From an uncultured Oscillospiraceae bacterium (GTDB taxonomy: Bacteria > Bacillota > Clostridia > Oscillospirales > Ruminococcaceae), in NCBI GenBank assembly GCA_964369975.1, contig CAYJFZ010000005.1, positions 13,150 to 77,149 of the forward strand: a DNA stretch of 64,000 nt. The letters are read 5' to 3'. Below the pieces are notes generated by a model, which was not told where the DNA came from, ran no database searches, and worked only from the letters and a program-made list of their open reading frames with translations. This document shows positions 17,921 to 27,905 of the stretch, piece by piece (the first letter of the stretch is position 1; every line of letters starts with the position of its first letter). A program made the translations under genes and the position numbers.

Positions 17921-19078
17921 ATGACAAACTTTGAAAAACATTGCTGGTGTGAAATTAGTATAGATAGTATTATTCATAATTATAATACAATAAAAAACTA
18001 CGCCCTCCTTCCTATTATTGCAACAGTAAAGGCTGACGCTTATGGGCATAACTCCCCTTTTATAAGTAAAATTTATCAAGACTTAGATGTTTTAGCTTTA
18101 AGTGTTGCAAGTTTAGATGAAGCCTTAGAACTTAGAAAAAATAACATAAAAAAGCCCATATTAATTTTAGGCTATACTCAAAGTGCGTTTGCACAAAAGC
18201 TAAGTGAAAATAATTTAACGCAAAATGTTTTTAGCTTAGAGTATGCAAAGGCTTTAAATGAAAATGCTAATGAAGTTATCGACTGCCATATAAAACTTGA
18301 TACTGGTATGGCTCGCTTAGGCTTTGATGTTATTAATGATAAAGAAAACGCTTTTAAAGACTTATTAGCTTTAAAGCAATTTAAAAACTTAAATTTTACA
18401 GGGGTTTTCACTCATTTTGCATCAGCTGACTCAAGCGATGACTACGATATAAAATACACTGATATGCAAATTACTTTATTTAATGAAGCAGTAGAATTTT
18501 TAAAAGCTAATGATTTTTGCTTCACTTATATTCACGGGCAAAACTCAGGAGGCATAGCAAGGGGGCTAAATAATAATTTTAATGCTATTCGCCCTGGCTG
18601 TATTTTGTATGGATATCCACCTTCTGATACTGTTCCTTTTGATAATATAATCCCAGCTTTAAAGCTAAAATCAATTATCACTCATATTAAGCCAGTAAAA
18701 AAAGGAAGTCACATAGGCTACTCTTTAGCTTATACTGCAAATGAAGATATAACTCTTGCCACTATTTGTTGTGGCTATGCAGACGGTCTTCCAAGGGCGC
18801 TTTCAAGTAAAGACCACCATGTAGAAATTAATGGCAAGCTTTTTAAAGTAGTAGGTAGGATTTGTATGGACCAGATAATGGTTGATATAACTAATGGCGA
18901 AAATATTAAAATAGGCGATGAAGTTATCGTTTTAGGCGGCAAGGGTGAGGCAAGCATAGAATCAGTAGCAAAAAAACTAAACACTACCTGTGGAAGTATC
19001 ACCTGCGGGATTAACAAAAGAGAAGCAAGGGTGTTTACAAAAGAAGGCAAAATAAAAGAAATAAAATCTTTTTTATAA
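17921..19078 (+). CDS. alr: alanine racemase
   Basis: VKADAYGH PLP-lysine motif, typical length, C-terminal beta domain; start placed at the ATG 5 nt after the AGAGG RBS. Confidence 0.9.
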   Translation: MTNFEKHCWCEISIDSIIHNYNTIKNYALLPIIATVKADAYGHNSPFISKIYQDLDVLALSVASLDEALELRKNNIKKPILILGYTQSAFAQKLSENNLTQNVFSLEYAKALNENANEVIDCHIKLDTGMARLGFDVINDKENAFKDLLALKQFKNLNFTGVFTHFASADSSDDYDIKYTDMQITLFNEAVEFLKANDFCFTYIHGQNSGGIARGLNNNFNAIRPGCILYGYPPSDTVPFDNIIPALKLKSIITHIKPVKKGSHIGYSLAYTANEDITLATICCGYADGLPRALSSKDHHVEINGKLFKVVGRICMDQIMVDITNGENIKIGDEVIVLGGKGEASIESVAKKLNTTCGSITCGINKREARVFTKEGKIKEIKSFL

Positions 19079-19399
19079 GCTATGTTTAATACTTAATAAT
19101 ATAGTTATTAATACCTCTTATACTTAAACGCTAAAATTAACATTCATAAATAATATCAAAATAAAAACTAAATAAGTCAAAAAGTGCAGTAAGTTTTTAC
19201 TGCACTTTTTTCTTTTTTTCTTCACTTTTTATGCGTATACTTGCGATAAATACTGCTTTTTTATGTTTTAGGCTTATATTTATTTATTGCAATTATATGA
19301 TTTGCATAAAAAAAGGCTTGAGTTTTGCCCTTTAAGCGCTCGATAAAAGTCTTTTTTGCACTACTTTTTGTGCATAATGACAAAAAAAGGCGATTTTTT

Positions 19400-19428
19400 T
19401 TGACAGTTTGAGTGATAAGTGTTATAAT
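19400..19428 (+). promoter_or_regulatory. consensus sigma-A promoter upstream of the YabE-like gene
   Basis: TTGACA (19400-19405), exactly 17-nt spacer, TATAAT (19423-19428). Confidence 0.7.
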
Positions 19429-19504
19429 AAGCCTGTCAAAAATTTACTATTTGCTTTAACTTAAAATATTATAAATTACAAACTTTATGAATTAAGGAGA
19501 TTGA

Positions 19505-20554
19505 ATGAAGAAAACTTTTAAAAAATTTTTACAAGCAATTACTAATGCGCCTGTAAGAGTTTACGCGTCTTTAGCTTTTAGCTTTATTATGTTTACTCTA
19601 ATAGGTTTAATTGTCCACTCATTAAATATCGTTCATGTAAATGACAATGAAGAAGATTTAACAGTGGTAAGCATTTTTAACACACAAGAACATATATTAT
19701 CCTTAGCTAACAAAACTGTTAGCGAAAATGATGTAGTGCTTTATACTTCCTATAACGACTCTGTGGCAAATATGACTATATCAAGAGCGTTTGAGGTGGA
19801 TATAACAGCAGACGGACAAACGCAAACAATTTTATTTTCTCAAGGAACAGTTAGCGACTGTTTAACCCAAGCTGGAATAACTTTAGATGAAGATGACTTT
19901 ACTACTCCCTCTTTAAACACACCAATAACTTCTGGTGATAGTATAAGAGTATACAGAGTGGAATACCAAGATAATCAGTACAACGAAGTAGTACCTTACG
20001 AAACAGAATACAAATCAAGTAGTTTAATTTTTAGATTTAAAAACAGCTCTTATGTTTTAGTAGACGGGCAAGATGGTGAAAATCTTGTAACTTATCGTGA
20101 GAGATATGTAGACGGAGAACTTGACTATGCTTTAGTTAGCAATGTAGAAGTAGTAACAAAGCCTGTTAGTGAATTAGTTTTATCATATTCACACACGGCT
20201 ATTTCTCCTCTACCTGCACCTGAGGGCATAACAATAGTAAATAATGTACCATCAAGCTACACAAGCGTAATTTCATCAGTAGCTGCTACCGGATACTATT
20301 CAGCTACAGGTAAAGGCTCCTCTGGCCTTGGCTTATTTTACGGCTCAGTGGCTGTAAACCCTAACATCATCCCTTATGGCTCACAACTTTATATCACAAG
20401 CCCTGATGGCGAATTCATTTATGGCTTTGCTATTGCAACTGATACAGGTACTGCCTTAATGGAGGGTATAATAGGAGTTGACTTATTCTATGAAACATAT
20501 GAAGAAAGTAAACTAAACTGGAAAAACGAAGTTAATATTTATATTTTAAATTAA
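19505..20554 (+). CDS. YabE/RpfB-like cell-wall protein (N-terminal TM, G5 domain, C-terminal 3D domain)
   Basis: G5-like segment (YETEYKSS...VDGQDGENLVTYRERYVDGE) and 3D-domain segment (ATGYYSATGKGSSGLG...VAVNPNIIPYGS...ATDTG). Confidence 0.8.
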   Translation: MKKTFKKFLQAITNAPVRVYASLAFSFIMFTLIGLIVHSLNIVHVNDNEEDLTVVSIFNTQEHILSLANKTVSENDVVLYTSYNDSVANMTISRAFEVDITADGQTQTILFSQGTVSDCLTQAGITLDEDDFTTPSLNTPITSGDSIRVYRVEYQDNQYNEVVPYETEYKSSSLIFRFKNSSYVLVDGQDGENLVTYRERYVDGELDYALVSNVEVVTKPVSELVLSYSHTAISPLPAPEGITIVNNVPSSYTSVISSVAATGYYSATGKGSSGLGLFYGSVAVNPNIIPYGSQLYITSPDGEFIYGFAIATDTGTALMEGIIGVDLFYETYEESKLNWKNEVNIYILN

Positions 20555-20560
20555 TTAAAA

Positions 20561-20590
20561 AGAAACGATGAAGCCATCGTTTCTTTTTTT
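20561..20590 (+). terminator. rho-independent terminator
   Basis: AGAAACGATG / CATCGTTTCT stem plus T-run. Confidence 0.85.
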
Positions 20591-20695
20591 GTTCATAAAA
20601 TAAAAACAATTTATTAATTTTGAGTTAAATATTTAATCAACTTTTTTTCACTACTTATCTATATACTTATAAGTGATAAAAGTTATTTAACTTAA

Positions 20696-20757
20696 AAGTG
20701 TTTTATACATTATTTTATTTCTCCTGAAAAAACAAGGCTCGCCCCGCCTTGTTTTTT
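20696..20757. repeat. copy A of a ~62-nt repeated element (conserved 17-mer, TCTCCT, CAAGGC/GCCTTG hairpin, T-run)
   Basis: Shares AAGTGTTTTATACATTA, TCTCCT and the CAAGGC...GCCTTGTTTTTT hairpin with 21079-21141. Confidence 0.8.
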
Positions 20758-20760
20758 CTT

Positions 20761-20904
20761 TTAATCTCTTTTAAAAATAGAAAAATTATCCTTTTTTTCT
20801 TCTAAATACAATTCTTCACATTCTTTTTGTGCATTTATTATTATATTAAGTGCCTTTTCGCTTTCTTTTAATAAATGATAATACATATCTTTATAAGTTG
20901 ACAT
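20761..20904 (-). CDS. 47-aa hypothetical protein (below the ORF-track size cutoff)
   Basis: Manual translation: MSTYKDMYYHLLKESEKALNIIINAQKECEELYLEEKKDNFSIFKRD. AGAGGTGAG RBS 5 nt upstream of the ATG; followed by the copy A hairpin acting as terminator. Confidence 0.5.
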   Translation of the reverse strand: MSTYKDMYYHLLKESEKALNIIINAQKECEELYLEEKKDNFSIFKRD

Positions 20905-21078
20905 AAGCTCACCTCTTTTTAATATTTTATCTAAAAGAAGTAAAAATATACTATAAATCTTAACTTGTGTATAATTTATGTTTCACTGTTTTTTCAAATG
21001 GAATACAAAAGTTTTTCACCTTTTAAGATTATAATTAAATCATAGCTTACAAAAGCTAAACGATACTAACTTCACTTT

Positions 21079-21141
21079 AAGTGTTTTATACATTAATATT
21101 CTCCTAAAGGCAAGGCTGTTCCCCTACAGCCTTGTTTTTTT
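21079..21141. repeat. copy B of the ~62-nt repeated element
   Basis: Same 17-mer, TCTCCT and CAAGGC...GCCTTG hairpin with T-run, immediately upstream of the promoter of the 680-aa membrane protein gene. Confidence 0.8.
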
Positions 21142-21211
21142 GCTTTATTTCGTATTTTATGGTATAATACCTTGCATTATAATGTTTAAATTATCAGTTC
21201 GGGAGATATAT

Positions 21212-23254
21212 ATGAGCTACCTATACGAAAAATTTAATAAAGCAAAAATATTTTTAAGTATACTATTTTTAAGTGTCTACCTTTTCATCACTCAAATAAG
21301 TGGGGGTAGTATTTTAGAGGTATTCTTATTTATAATTTGCTTTATTTTTAGCATTTTAGCTCCTGGATTTGTACTATATAAAATTTTTAAAATAGAAAAG
21401 TATATAAAAGATTTTGAATACCCTTTAGTATTCACTTTTGGCTGTGGATTTTTAGGTATTATATACGCTATTAGTGTGCGCTTAAGTCTTCATATTTTAA
21501 TGTATACTTTAATAGCTTTAGCTGTTTTTAGTGCTGTTTATATTTTAATAAAGGAAGACTATATCTCAAAATTTAAAAAAATAGACAAAACTCAATTTAT
21601 CTTTTTATTTTTTATTTTCAGCGCTTTGATATTTGTTTATGCTTTTATGGGTGTAAGCAAAAACGCTCACCCGACAGTAGTGGGAGAAATAAATTTGGGC
21701 CAAGATTTTTTATGGAATGTAGGCAATGCAGAAAGTTTTAAACTTAACTTTCCTCCTATTGATATAAGATTTTTTGATGTAAGGCTAAAATATCATTATT
21801 TAACAGAGTTATTAGTTAGCGCTTTTTCTTATTTAAGTGGTATATCAAGCTATAATATTATTGGCTTTTATTCGCAGTTAGTGTTTTTATTTAGCTTAAT
21901 TATCACTTTATATCTATTCACAAAAAATATATATAACTCCATACAAAAATCAAATATTTTCATCCTTTGTTTATTCTTTTTATCTTGCTTAAGTTTGCAT
22001 AAGGTATTTTTAACAGGGCAAAGTTTATTTGGGCATAACTTCTTATCTGCTGTTTTAACTAATGTAAACAGCATGTGTGTCGCATTAATATTCTTATGTG
22101 TATTTATTTTACTTTTTATTACATTAACAGAAAATGAGTATAAATTAAACATCGGCTATTTTTTTGTTTTAGTTGGTAGCTTTATACTCCTCACTTACTC
22201 AAAGTCGCCAATAGCTGCAATTGTCGCTATTGCTTTAGTAGCTTGTTTAGTTGCAAGATTTTTACAAGGAAAATTCATTTTAAAAGAAGTGCTTTTTACT
22301 TTAGGCTTATCCCTTGGATTTTTATGGCTATATACTATAGGCTTTTCTTCTGGTGCAAATGTATCAACGGGCTTTAGTTTTTCTTATACAATAGAGCTTA
22401 GCTACTTTTCAAACTATGTAAAAAATCTATGGATAACTCATAATTCTATTTACTTTTTAATCCTGCCGTTTTTTATGCTTTTTCAGACTTTTTGTATGAT
22501 GCCTTTCACTTTTACTATTTTTATTTTTAATGCTTTTAAAAGTGTTTTTTCTTATAAAAATTTATCATACTTAAATTTATTTTCTTATGCTGTGGGAATA
22601 GGCGGTATGATAGCATACTTTTTTTCATACCACGAAGCATATAGCCAAGTTTACTTTTTCTATATCGCCTTTTTCTTTATCACATTAGTGGCTGTGGATA
22701 AATTTGAGTTTAAAAAGCTCAATATTAAAAACGCACCTTTATATATCTTATTAATATTAAGCCTTTTAACAAGTATATTCTTTTATCTAAACTTTACAGG
22801 TTCTGGGCTAAGACAAGTATTATACAATCATGATATAATTCAAAAATACCCTTACCCTTATATCGTAAAAGCTGAAGATGAGTTAGCTGGTGAATACTTA
22901 AAAGGTGTAAATGAAGAAAACGCAATGTTCATCACTAACAGAACTCATACAGGCGCAAGCGAGGGCTTATCTAATGTTTACACAGCCTTTTCTGGTATGC
23001 AAAGCTATATGGAGGGGCATAAGTACACCTTATCTAATATGGGCGTAAGTATTGACATCATCGGGCATAGGTATTCTGTAATAAATACTATATTCTCAAA
23101 AGACACTTCCTTAGAAGATATTATCGCTTTATGTAAAGATAATAATATTATGTACATTGTTTATTCTTCGCAATTTGAAGGGGATACTCAGCAATTAGAA
23201 GCTCTTTTAAAGGTATTCAATGATGATACTGTCACTATTTATAAAGCATATTAA
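21212..23254 (+). CDS. large polytopic membrane protein with C-terminal soluble domain (possible GT-C-type glycosyltransferase/polymerase)
   Basis: About 15 hydrophobic helices followed by a ~150-aa hydrophilic C-terminal domain. Start moved to 21212 because a TTGCTT-17-TATAAT promoter lies inside the longer ORF and a GGGAGA RBS precedes this ATG. Functional class is a guess from architecture. Confidence 0.6.
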   Translation: MSYLYEKFNKAKIFLSILFLSVYLFITQISGGSILEVFLFIICFIFSILAPGFVLYKIFKIEKYIKDFEYPLVFTFGCGFLGIIYAISVRLSLHILMYTLIALAVFSAVYILIKEDYISKFKKIDKTQFIFLFFIFSALIFVYAFMGVSKNAHPTVVGEINLGQDFLWNVGNAESFKLNFPPIDIRFFDVRLKYHYLTELLVSAFSYLSGISSYNIIGFYSQLVFLFSLIITLYLFTKNIYNSIQKSNIFILCLFFLSCLSLHKVFLTGQSLFGHNFLSAVLTNVNSMCVALIFLCVFILLFITLTENEYKLNIGYFFVLVGSFILLTYSKSPIAAIVAIALVACLVARFLQGKFILKEVLFTLGLSLGFLWLYTIGFSSGANVSTGFSFSYTIELSYFSNYVKNLWITHNSIYFLILPFFMLFQTFCMMPFTFTIFIFNAFKSVFSYKNLSYLNLFSYAVGIGGMIAYFFSYHEAYSQVYFFYIAFFFITLVAVDKFEFKKLNIKNAPLYILLILSLLTSIFFYLNFTGSGLRQVLYNHDIIQKYPYPYIVKAEDELAGEYLKGVNEENAMFITNRTHTGASEGLSNVYTAFSGMQSYMEGHKYTLSNMGVSIDIIGHRYSVINTIFSKDTSLEDIIALCKDNNIMYIVYSSQFEGDTQQLEALLKVFNDDTVTIYKAY

Positions 23255-23258
23255 TAAT

Positions 23259-23291
23259 AAAAAACTTCACTATTGATAGTGAAGTTTTTTT
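23259..23291. terminator. bidirectional terminator between the convergent membrane-protein gene and phoR
   Basis: AACTTCACTAT / ATAGTGAAGTT stem flanked by A- and T-runs. Confidence 0.85.
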
Positions 23292-23296
23292 ATTTT

Positions 23297-24958
23297 TTAC
23301 TTTATAAATTCAATTTTAAAAGTCGTTCCTTCATTTTCTGATGAAGTAACTGTTATTTTACCGTTTATCGCTTCTAGCGCATGTTTTACAATGCTAAGGC
23401 CAAGCCCAGAAGAAGAAATATTTTTATTTCTTGATGTGTCTGATACATAAAACCTTTCAAAAATCTTATCAATATCTTTTTGCGCTATACCTATTCCTGT
23501 ATCGCTAATTAATACTGTTACTGTTTTTTCATCTTCAGTTAAGGCTATACTTACCTCGCCCTTTTCTTTATTATATTTTACAGCATTACTAATTAAATTT
23601 CGAGTTATGTCGTATAGATAACCCTCGTCTGCTTTTATAACAGCCTCACAGGCTTTGAAACTAATTTTGATATTTTTATTTTTTGCTGCAAGAGTGAATT
23701 CATCTATCACATTGCAAAGCACTTTTTTTACATCAACATCTTCTAAATTCATTAGTTTTCCATCTTCTATTGCAGATAATTTAATAATATCATCTATCAT
23801 CTCTAATAGCCTTTGAGCGTTTTGCTCGATGATTTGTGCAAAAGGTAGGATGTCATCTTTTTTAGCCATTCCTTGGTTTATTAATTGTGCATAACCTAAG
23901 ATGCTTGTTAAGGGGGTTTTTAATTCGTGAGTTACATTATCAGCAAACTGCTTTCTTGTGTTTTGGTTTTGCATTTGCACAGTAATGTCTAAAGTTATTA
24001 AAATAGCCCCTTGGATGTAGCCATCTTTAATATTCGGGCCTATTGTATATTGATAATACTTTGATTGATACTGCATTATACCTTCTTGCCTTTTTCCTTC
24101 TAAGGCAAGTGTCATTGCTTTTTGAAGCTCTGGATTTCTTATTTGATTTGAGAAATGTACATTTATATCTTTTATATTAAATACTGTTTTACTCTCATTA
24201 TTAATTTGCTCAATAATGCCATCTCTATCACAAACTACTATACCCTCTTGGATATTTAAAAACACATTTTGTAACTTATCTCTTTCTAAGGCTATATACT
24301 CTATTTGATTATTTATTATGCTATTTTGCGTATTGATTTTTAAAATAAATGAAGATAGTTCTTCATATATTTCACCTTTTCCTGTTTCTACATCAAAGCC
24401 TGTTACTACATCTACTACTCTTTTTGTAGTCTTATCAGATATAAAATAACACACAGCGAGTATCATAGCGATAAATAAAATCATTACAAGAATGTTATCG
24501 CCTATTAAAGTAGTGAATAAATCCTGTGCATAAACGCCCACTCTTATTATCCCCTCGCCCTCAATGTGAAAAGCTGAGTAATAAATAGTTTTATTGGCTG
24601 TATCTGAGTATCTTTGAGACTGGCCAAAATTTGAATTTATAGCATCTTTTACTTCTTGTCTGTCGATGTGATTATCCATAGTTTGTGCATCAAAATCAGT
24701 ATCATACAACACATTCCCTGTTATATCAATGTATGTAATCCTTGCATCAATATCAAACTTTGCCTCGTTTAATTTATCTATAATTTCTTCATCATGTAAG
24801 CCTTCTAAGAGCTCTACTAACAAACTTACTTGAGTTTTTGATTGTGTAAACATTGTATTTTCAAAAGTATTAAAATAAATCATCGTACTTAGTGCAATGC
24901 TTAATATAGCTGCTACAAAAGCAACTATAACACTACTTTTGACTATCTTTTTTTTCAT
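23297..24958 (-). CDS. phoR: phosphate-regulon sensor histidine kinase (PhoR-like)
   Basis: Two TM segments, PAS-like region, HisKA H-box (NVTHELKTPLTSI), HATPase N/G boxes (NAVKYN, DTGIGI, GLGLSIV); adjacent to phoP-phoU-pst. Confidence 0.8.
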   Translation of the reverse strand: MKKKIVKSSVIVAFVAAILSIALSTMIYFNTFENTMFTQSKTQVSLLVELLEGLHDEEIIDKLNEAKFDIDARITYIDITGNVLYDTDFDAQTMDNHIDRQEVKDAINSNFGQSQRYSDTANKTIYYSAFHIEGEGIIRVGVYAQDLFTTLIGDNILVMILFIAMILAVCYFISDKTTKRVVDVVTGFDVETGKGEIYEELSSFILKINTQNSIINNQIEYIALERDKLQNVFLNIQEGIVVCDRDGIIEQINNESKTVFNIKDINVHFSNQIRNPELQKAMTLALEGKRQEGIMQYQSKYYQYTIGPNIKDGYIQGAILITLDITVQMQNQNTRKQFADNVTHELKTPLTSILGYAQLINQGMAKKDDILPFAQIIEQNAQRLLEMIDDIIKLSAIEDGKLMNLEDVDVKKVLCNVIDEFTLAAKNKNIKISFKACEAVIKADEGYLYDITRNLISNAVKYNKEKGEVSIALTEDEKTVTVLISDTGIGIAQKDIDKIFERFYVSDTSRNKNISSSGLGLSIVKHALEAINGKITVTSSENEGTTFKIEFIK

Positions 24959-24971
24959 ATTTTAACCCCTG

Positions 24972-25640
24972 TTATTCTGCTTTATAACCAACGCCTCTTA
25001 CTGTTTTAATCACATTGGCTGAAGTTTTAAGCTTTTGTCTTAAAGTTTTTACATGCATATCAATAGTGCGACTTTCGCCAACATAGCTATCGCCCCATAC
25101 CTTATCCATTAATTGCTTTCTTGTAAAGACTTGATTTGTATTACTTAAAAATAAATACAGCATATTGTATTCTTTTAGCGTAAGCTCTACTTCCTCATCT
25201 TCTACTACTACCTTTCTTTGCTGGTGGTAAATAGTAACGCCTTTAAAAGAAATGCTACTTGCTTTATTATCATCACTAACTCTTCTAAAAACAGCCTTTA
25301 CTCTTGAGAGAAGTTCCATTATTCCAAAAGGCTTTGAAACATAGTCATCAGCTCCTAAATCAAGGGCTTTTACTTTATCTATTTCAGAAGTTTTTGCAGT
25401 GAGCATAATTACAGGTACATTTTTTGTACTGCTGTTTTTTCTTAAAAATTCAAGTAGCTGTACTCCGTCAATATTAGGTAGCATTATATCTAAAATACAC
25501 ATATCGGGAGTATCGGTTTTTATAGCTTCTAAAAAGTCTTCGCTTTTAGTAAAGCCAGTGCTTTTAAATCCATTTGATTCAAGGGCATAAGTAACAAGAT
25601 TATTTATATTCTCATCATCTTCTACGCACCAAATTTTCAT
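24972..25640 (-). CDS. phoP: OmpR-family response regulator (PhoP/PhoB-like)
   Basis: Receiver domain with phospho-Asp context (MCILDIMLP), winged-helix C-terminus (VRGVGY). Confidence 0.85.
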   Translation of the reverse strand: MKIWCVEDDENINNLVTYALESNGFKSTGFTKSEDFLEAIKTDTPDMCILDIMLPNIDGVQLLEFLRKNSSTKNVPVIMLTAKTSEIDKVKALDLGADDYVSKPFGIMELLSRVKAVFRRVSDDNKASSISFKGVTIYHQQRKVVVEDEEVELTLKEYNMLYLFLSNTNQVFTRKQLMDKVWGDSYVGESRTIDMHVKTLRQKLKTSANVIKTVRGVGYKAE

Positions 25641-25650
25641 AATACACTCC

Positions 25651-26301
25651 TTAAATTGAATTATGCTCGCCTGTAATTGAGTAAATTACCCACTCAGCGA
25701 TGTTAGTTGCATGGTCACCAATTCTTTCAAAATACTTTGCAATACTTAATAGGTCAATAGTGGCTTCTTCATACTCATGCTTTTTAATTAAATCAACTAA
25801 ATGAAGTTTAGTTTTATTGTATAAATCATCCATTACATCATCATAAGTTAGTACACTTTGAGCTAATTCTAAATCTTTATTAATAAAGGCGTCTACAACA
25901 TTATGCACCATAGTAATAGTAGCTTTTGACATATTTTTTATATAGCCATCTGACATAATTTGAATATTATTTTCACTACTTAGGAAAATTTCGCTAATAT
26001 CCCTTGCTTGGTCTCCTATTCTCTCCATGTCAGTAATCATTTTTAAAGCAGCTGAAATCTGTCTTAAATCCTTTGCTACTGGCTGTTGTTGTAGTAATAA
26101 TTTTAAGCATAGGTTTTGTATTTCTTTTTCTCTTAAGTCTATTTCTTTTTCAAAATTTATTGCATCTTGCGCCTTTTGTTTATCGCCAATTTCAAGTGCT
26201 GTAGTGGCACACTCAATAGCATTTTCAATTAAAGTTGCCATTTCTACAAGCTTTGTGTTAAGGGTTAGTAGCTGTCTTTCAAAATTGTTTCTTACACTCA
26301 T
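25651..26301 (-). CDS. phoU: phosphate signalling complex protein PhoU
   Basis: Two PhoU repeats with the ERIGD motif (DMERIGDQARDI, FERIGDHATNIAEW); start set at MSVRNNFERQL (216 aa), which abuts the pstB stop. Confidence 0.88.
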   Translation of the reverse strand: MSVRNNFERQLLTLNTKLVEMATLIENAIECATTALEIGDKQKAQDAINFEKEIDLREKEIQNLCLKLLLQQQPVAKDLRQISAALKMITDMERIGDQARDISEIFLSSENNIQIMSDGYIKNMSKATITMVHNVVDAFINKDLELAQSVLTYDDVMDDLYNKTKLHLVDLIKKHEYEEATIDLLSIAKYFERIGDHATNIAEWVIYSITGEHNSI

Positions 26302-26303
26302 TT

Positions 26304-27050
26304 TTATCCAAACCTTCCTGTTATATAATCTTCGCATCTTTTATCTTTAGGGTTTGTGAACAATTCCTCAGTTGGGGCATGCTCTACCATTTCACCTAAT
26401 AAAAAGAACGCTGTATAATCTGAAATTCTCACTGCTTGTTGCATATTATGAGTTACTATAACAATAGTATACTTCTCTTTTAGGGATAATGCAAGTTCTT
26501 CAATTTTTGAAGTTGAGATAGGATCTAAGGCGCTTGTAGGCTCATCCATTAGTAAGATTTCAGGGTTTACTGCTAAGGCTCTTGCTATACAAATCCTTTG
26601 TTGCTGTCCACCTGAAAGACCTAAGGCTGGTTTGTGTAATCTGTCTTTAACTTCATCCCAGATAGCTGCATCTTCTAAGGATTCTTGCACTATTTTATCT
26701 AACTGCGCTTTTTGAGTAATCCCATGAGTTCTTGGGCCGTATGCGATGTTATTGTATATACTCATCGGAAATGGATTTGGCTTTTGAAATACCATACCAA
26801 CTCTTTTTCTTAATATATTTGTATCAATATCGCCATAGATATTTTGGCCGTCAAGTAAAAAATCACCTGTTATTTTACAGCCTTCAATTAAATCATTCAT
26901 CCTATTTAAACTTTTTAATAAAGTGGATTTTCCGCAGCCAGAAGGGCCTATAAAGGCTGTGATTTTTTTCTCTGGTATACTTAAATTTATATTTTTTAAC
27001 GCTTGAAAATCAGAGTAGAATAAGTTTGCGTCATTTATTTGTAATTTCAT
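26304..27050 (-). CDS. pstB: phosphate ABC transporter ATP-binding protein
   Basis: GPSGCGKST Walker A, LSGGQQQR signature, [11 protein letters not shown] Walker B, PstB-typical C-terminus YITGRFG. Confidence 0.95.
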   Translation of the reverse strand: MKLQINDANLFYSDFQALKNINLSIPEKKITAFIGPSGCGKSTLLKSLNRMNDLIEGCKITGDFLLDGQNIYGDIDTNILRKRVGMVFQKPNPFPMSIYNNIAYGPRTHGITQKAQLDKIVQESLEDAAIWDEVKDRLHKPALGLSGGQQQRICIARALAVNPEILLMDEPTSALDPISTSKIEELALSLKEKYTIVIVTHNMQQAVRISDYTAFFLLGEMVEHAPTEELFTNPKDKRCEDYITGRFG

Positions 27051-27905
27051 TTATTTGTTTCCTTTCGTTAACTGCTTTGCAAGGAATGTTGATAAAAAAT
27101 TTATTCCTATTATCACTACTAATAATATAGCAGCTGTTGCATAGGCCTGTGGGAAGTGAGTGCCCTCACCTGTAAGCATATACATATGTACAGAAAGAGT
27201 TCTGCCCCCTGCCTGTGTGATGTTTGCAGCATAGTTTGAGGTTGTACCTGAGGTGTATAATAAAGCGGCAGTCTCCCCTACTATTCTACCTATCGCTAAG
27301 ATAACGCCTGCTAAAATTCCGTTTGTTGCCGCAGGTAGGACTATAACAAAAATTGTCCTTAACTTTGCAGCGCCTAAACCATAGCTTGCCTCTCTATAAC
27401 TTTGCGGTACAGCCTTTAGGGCTTCTTCTGTTGAGCGGATAATTAAAGGCAGTATCATTATTGAAATTGTCAGTATACCTGAAATTAAAGAAAAGCCAAG
27501 CCCTACATAAATTACAAAGAATATCCAGCCAAACAAGCCATAAACTATTGATGGAATACCTGCTAAAGTTTCTGAAGTAAGTCGCACTACTTCAACAATT
27601 TTATTATCGGATTTTGCATATTCTACTAAGTAAATAGCTGTTGCAATTCCTAAAATTGATGAAATTGTAATTGATATTGCTATCATCAACACAGTATTAA
27701 AAACTGCAGGCATTAATGATACATTCTTACTTGAATACTCTAAAGAAAACATTGAATCTTGCCCACTTATTAATTTTGTTACTTCTTGTATAATTTGGGG
27801 CATACCATTTGCTAATATATATATTATTATAAAAATTACTATCAAAAAAGTGAAAAGTGCCGCTGTGTGAACTAATATTTTTAAAGGATTTAATTTAATT
27901 TTCAT
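27051..27905 (-). CDS. pstA: phosphate ABC transporter permease PstA
   Basis: Six-TM permease with EAA-like loop (EALKAVPQSYREASYGLGA); operon order. Confidence 0.9.
   Translation of the reverse strand: MKIKLNPLKILVHTAALFTFLIVIFIIIYILANGMPQIIQEVTKLISGQDSMFSLEYSSKNVSLMPAVFNTVLMIAISITISSILGIATAIYLVEYAKSDNKIVEVVRLTSETLAGIPSIVYGLFGWIFFVIYVGLGFSLISGILTISIMILPLIIRSTEEALKAVPQSYREASYGLGAAKLRTIFVIVLPAATNGILAGVILAIGRIVGETAALLYTSGTTSNYAANITQAGGRTLSVHMYMLTGEGTHFPQAYATAAILLVVIIGINFLSTFLAKQLTKGNK

Noticed and set aside
19079-19504. Possible cyclic-di-AMP (ydaO-type) riboswitch upstream of the YabE/Rpf-like gene
   Set aside because: This gene class is often ydaO-regulated, but the leader shows only a consensus promoter and AT-rich sequence. 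The conserved GC-rich pseudo-symmetric core of that riboswitch is not present.
23255-23300. Strand switch from mostly plus-strand genes (1-23 kb) to mostly minus-strand genes (23-59 kb) as a replication terminus signal
   Set aside because: rplM-rpsI and other genes break the pattern, and orientation bias over 60 kb is not enough evidence. It needs whole-chromosome GC-skew analysis.
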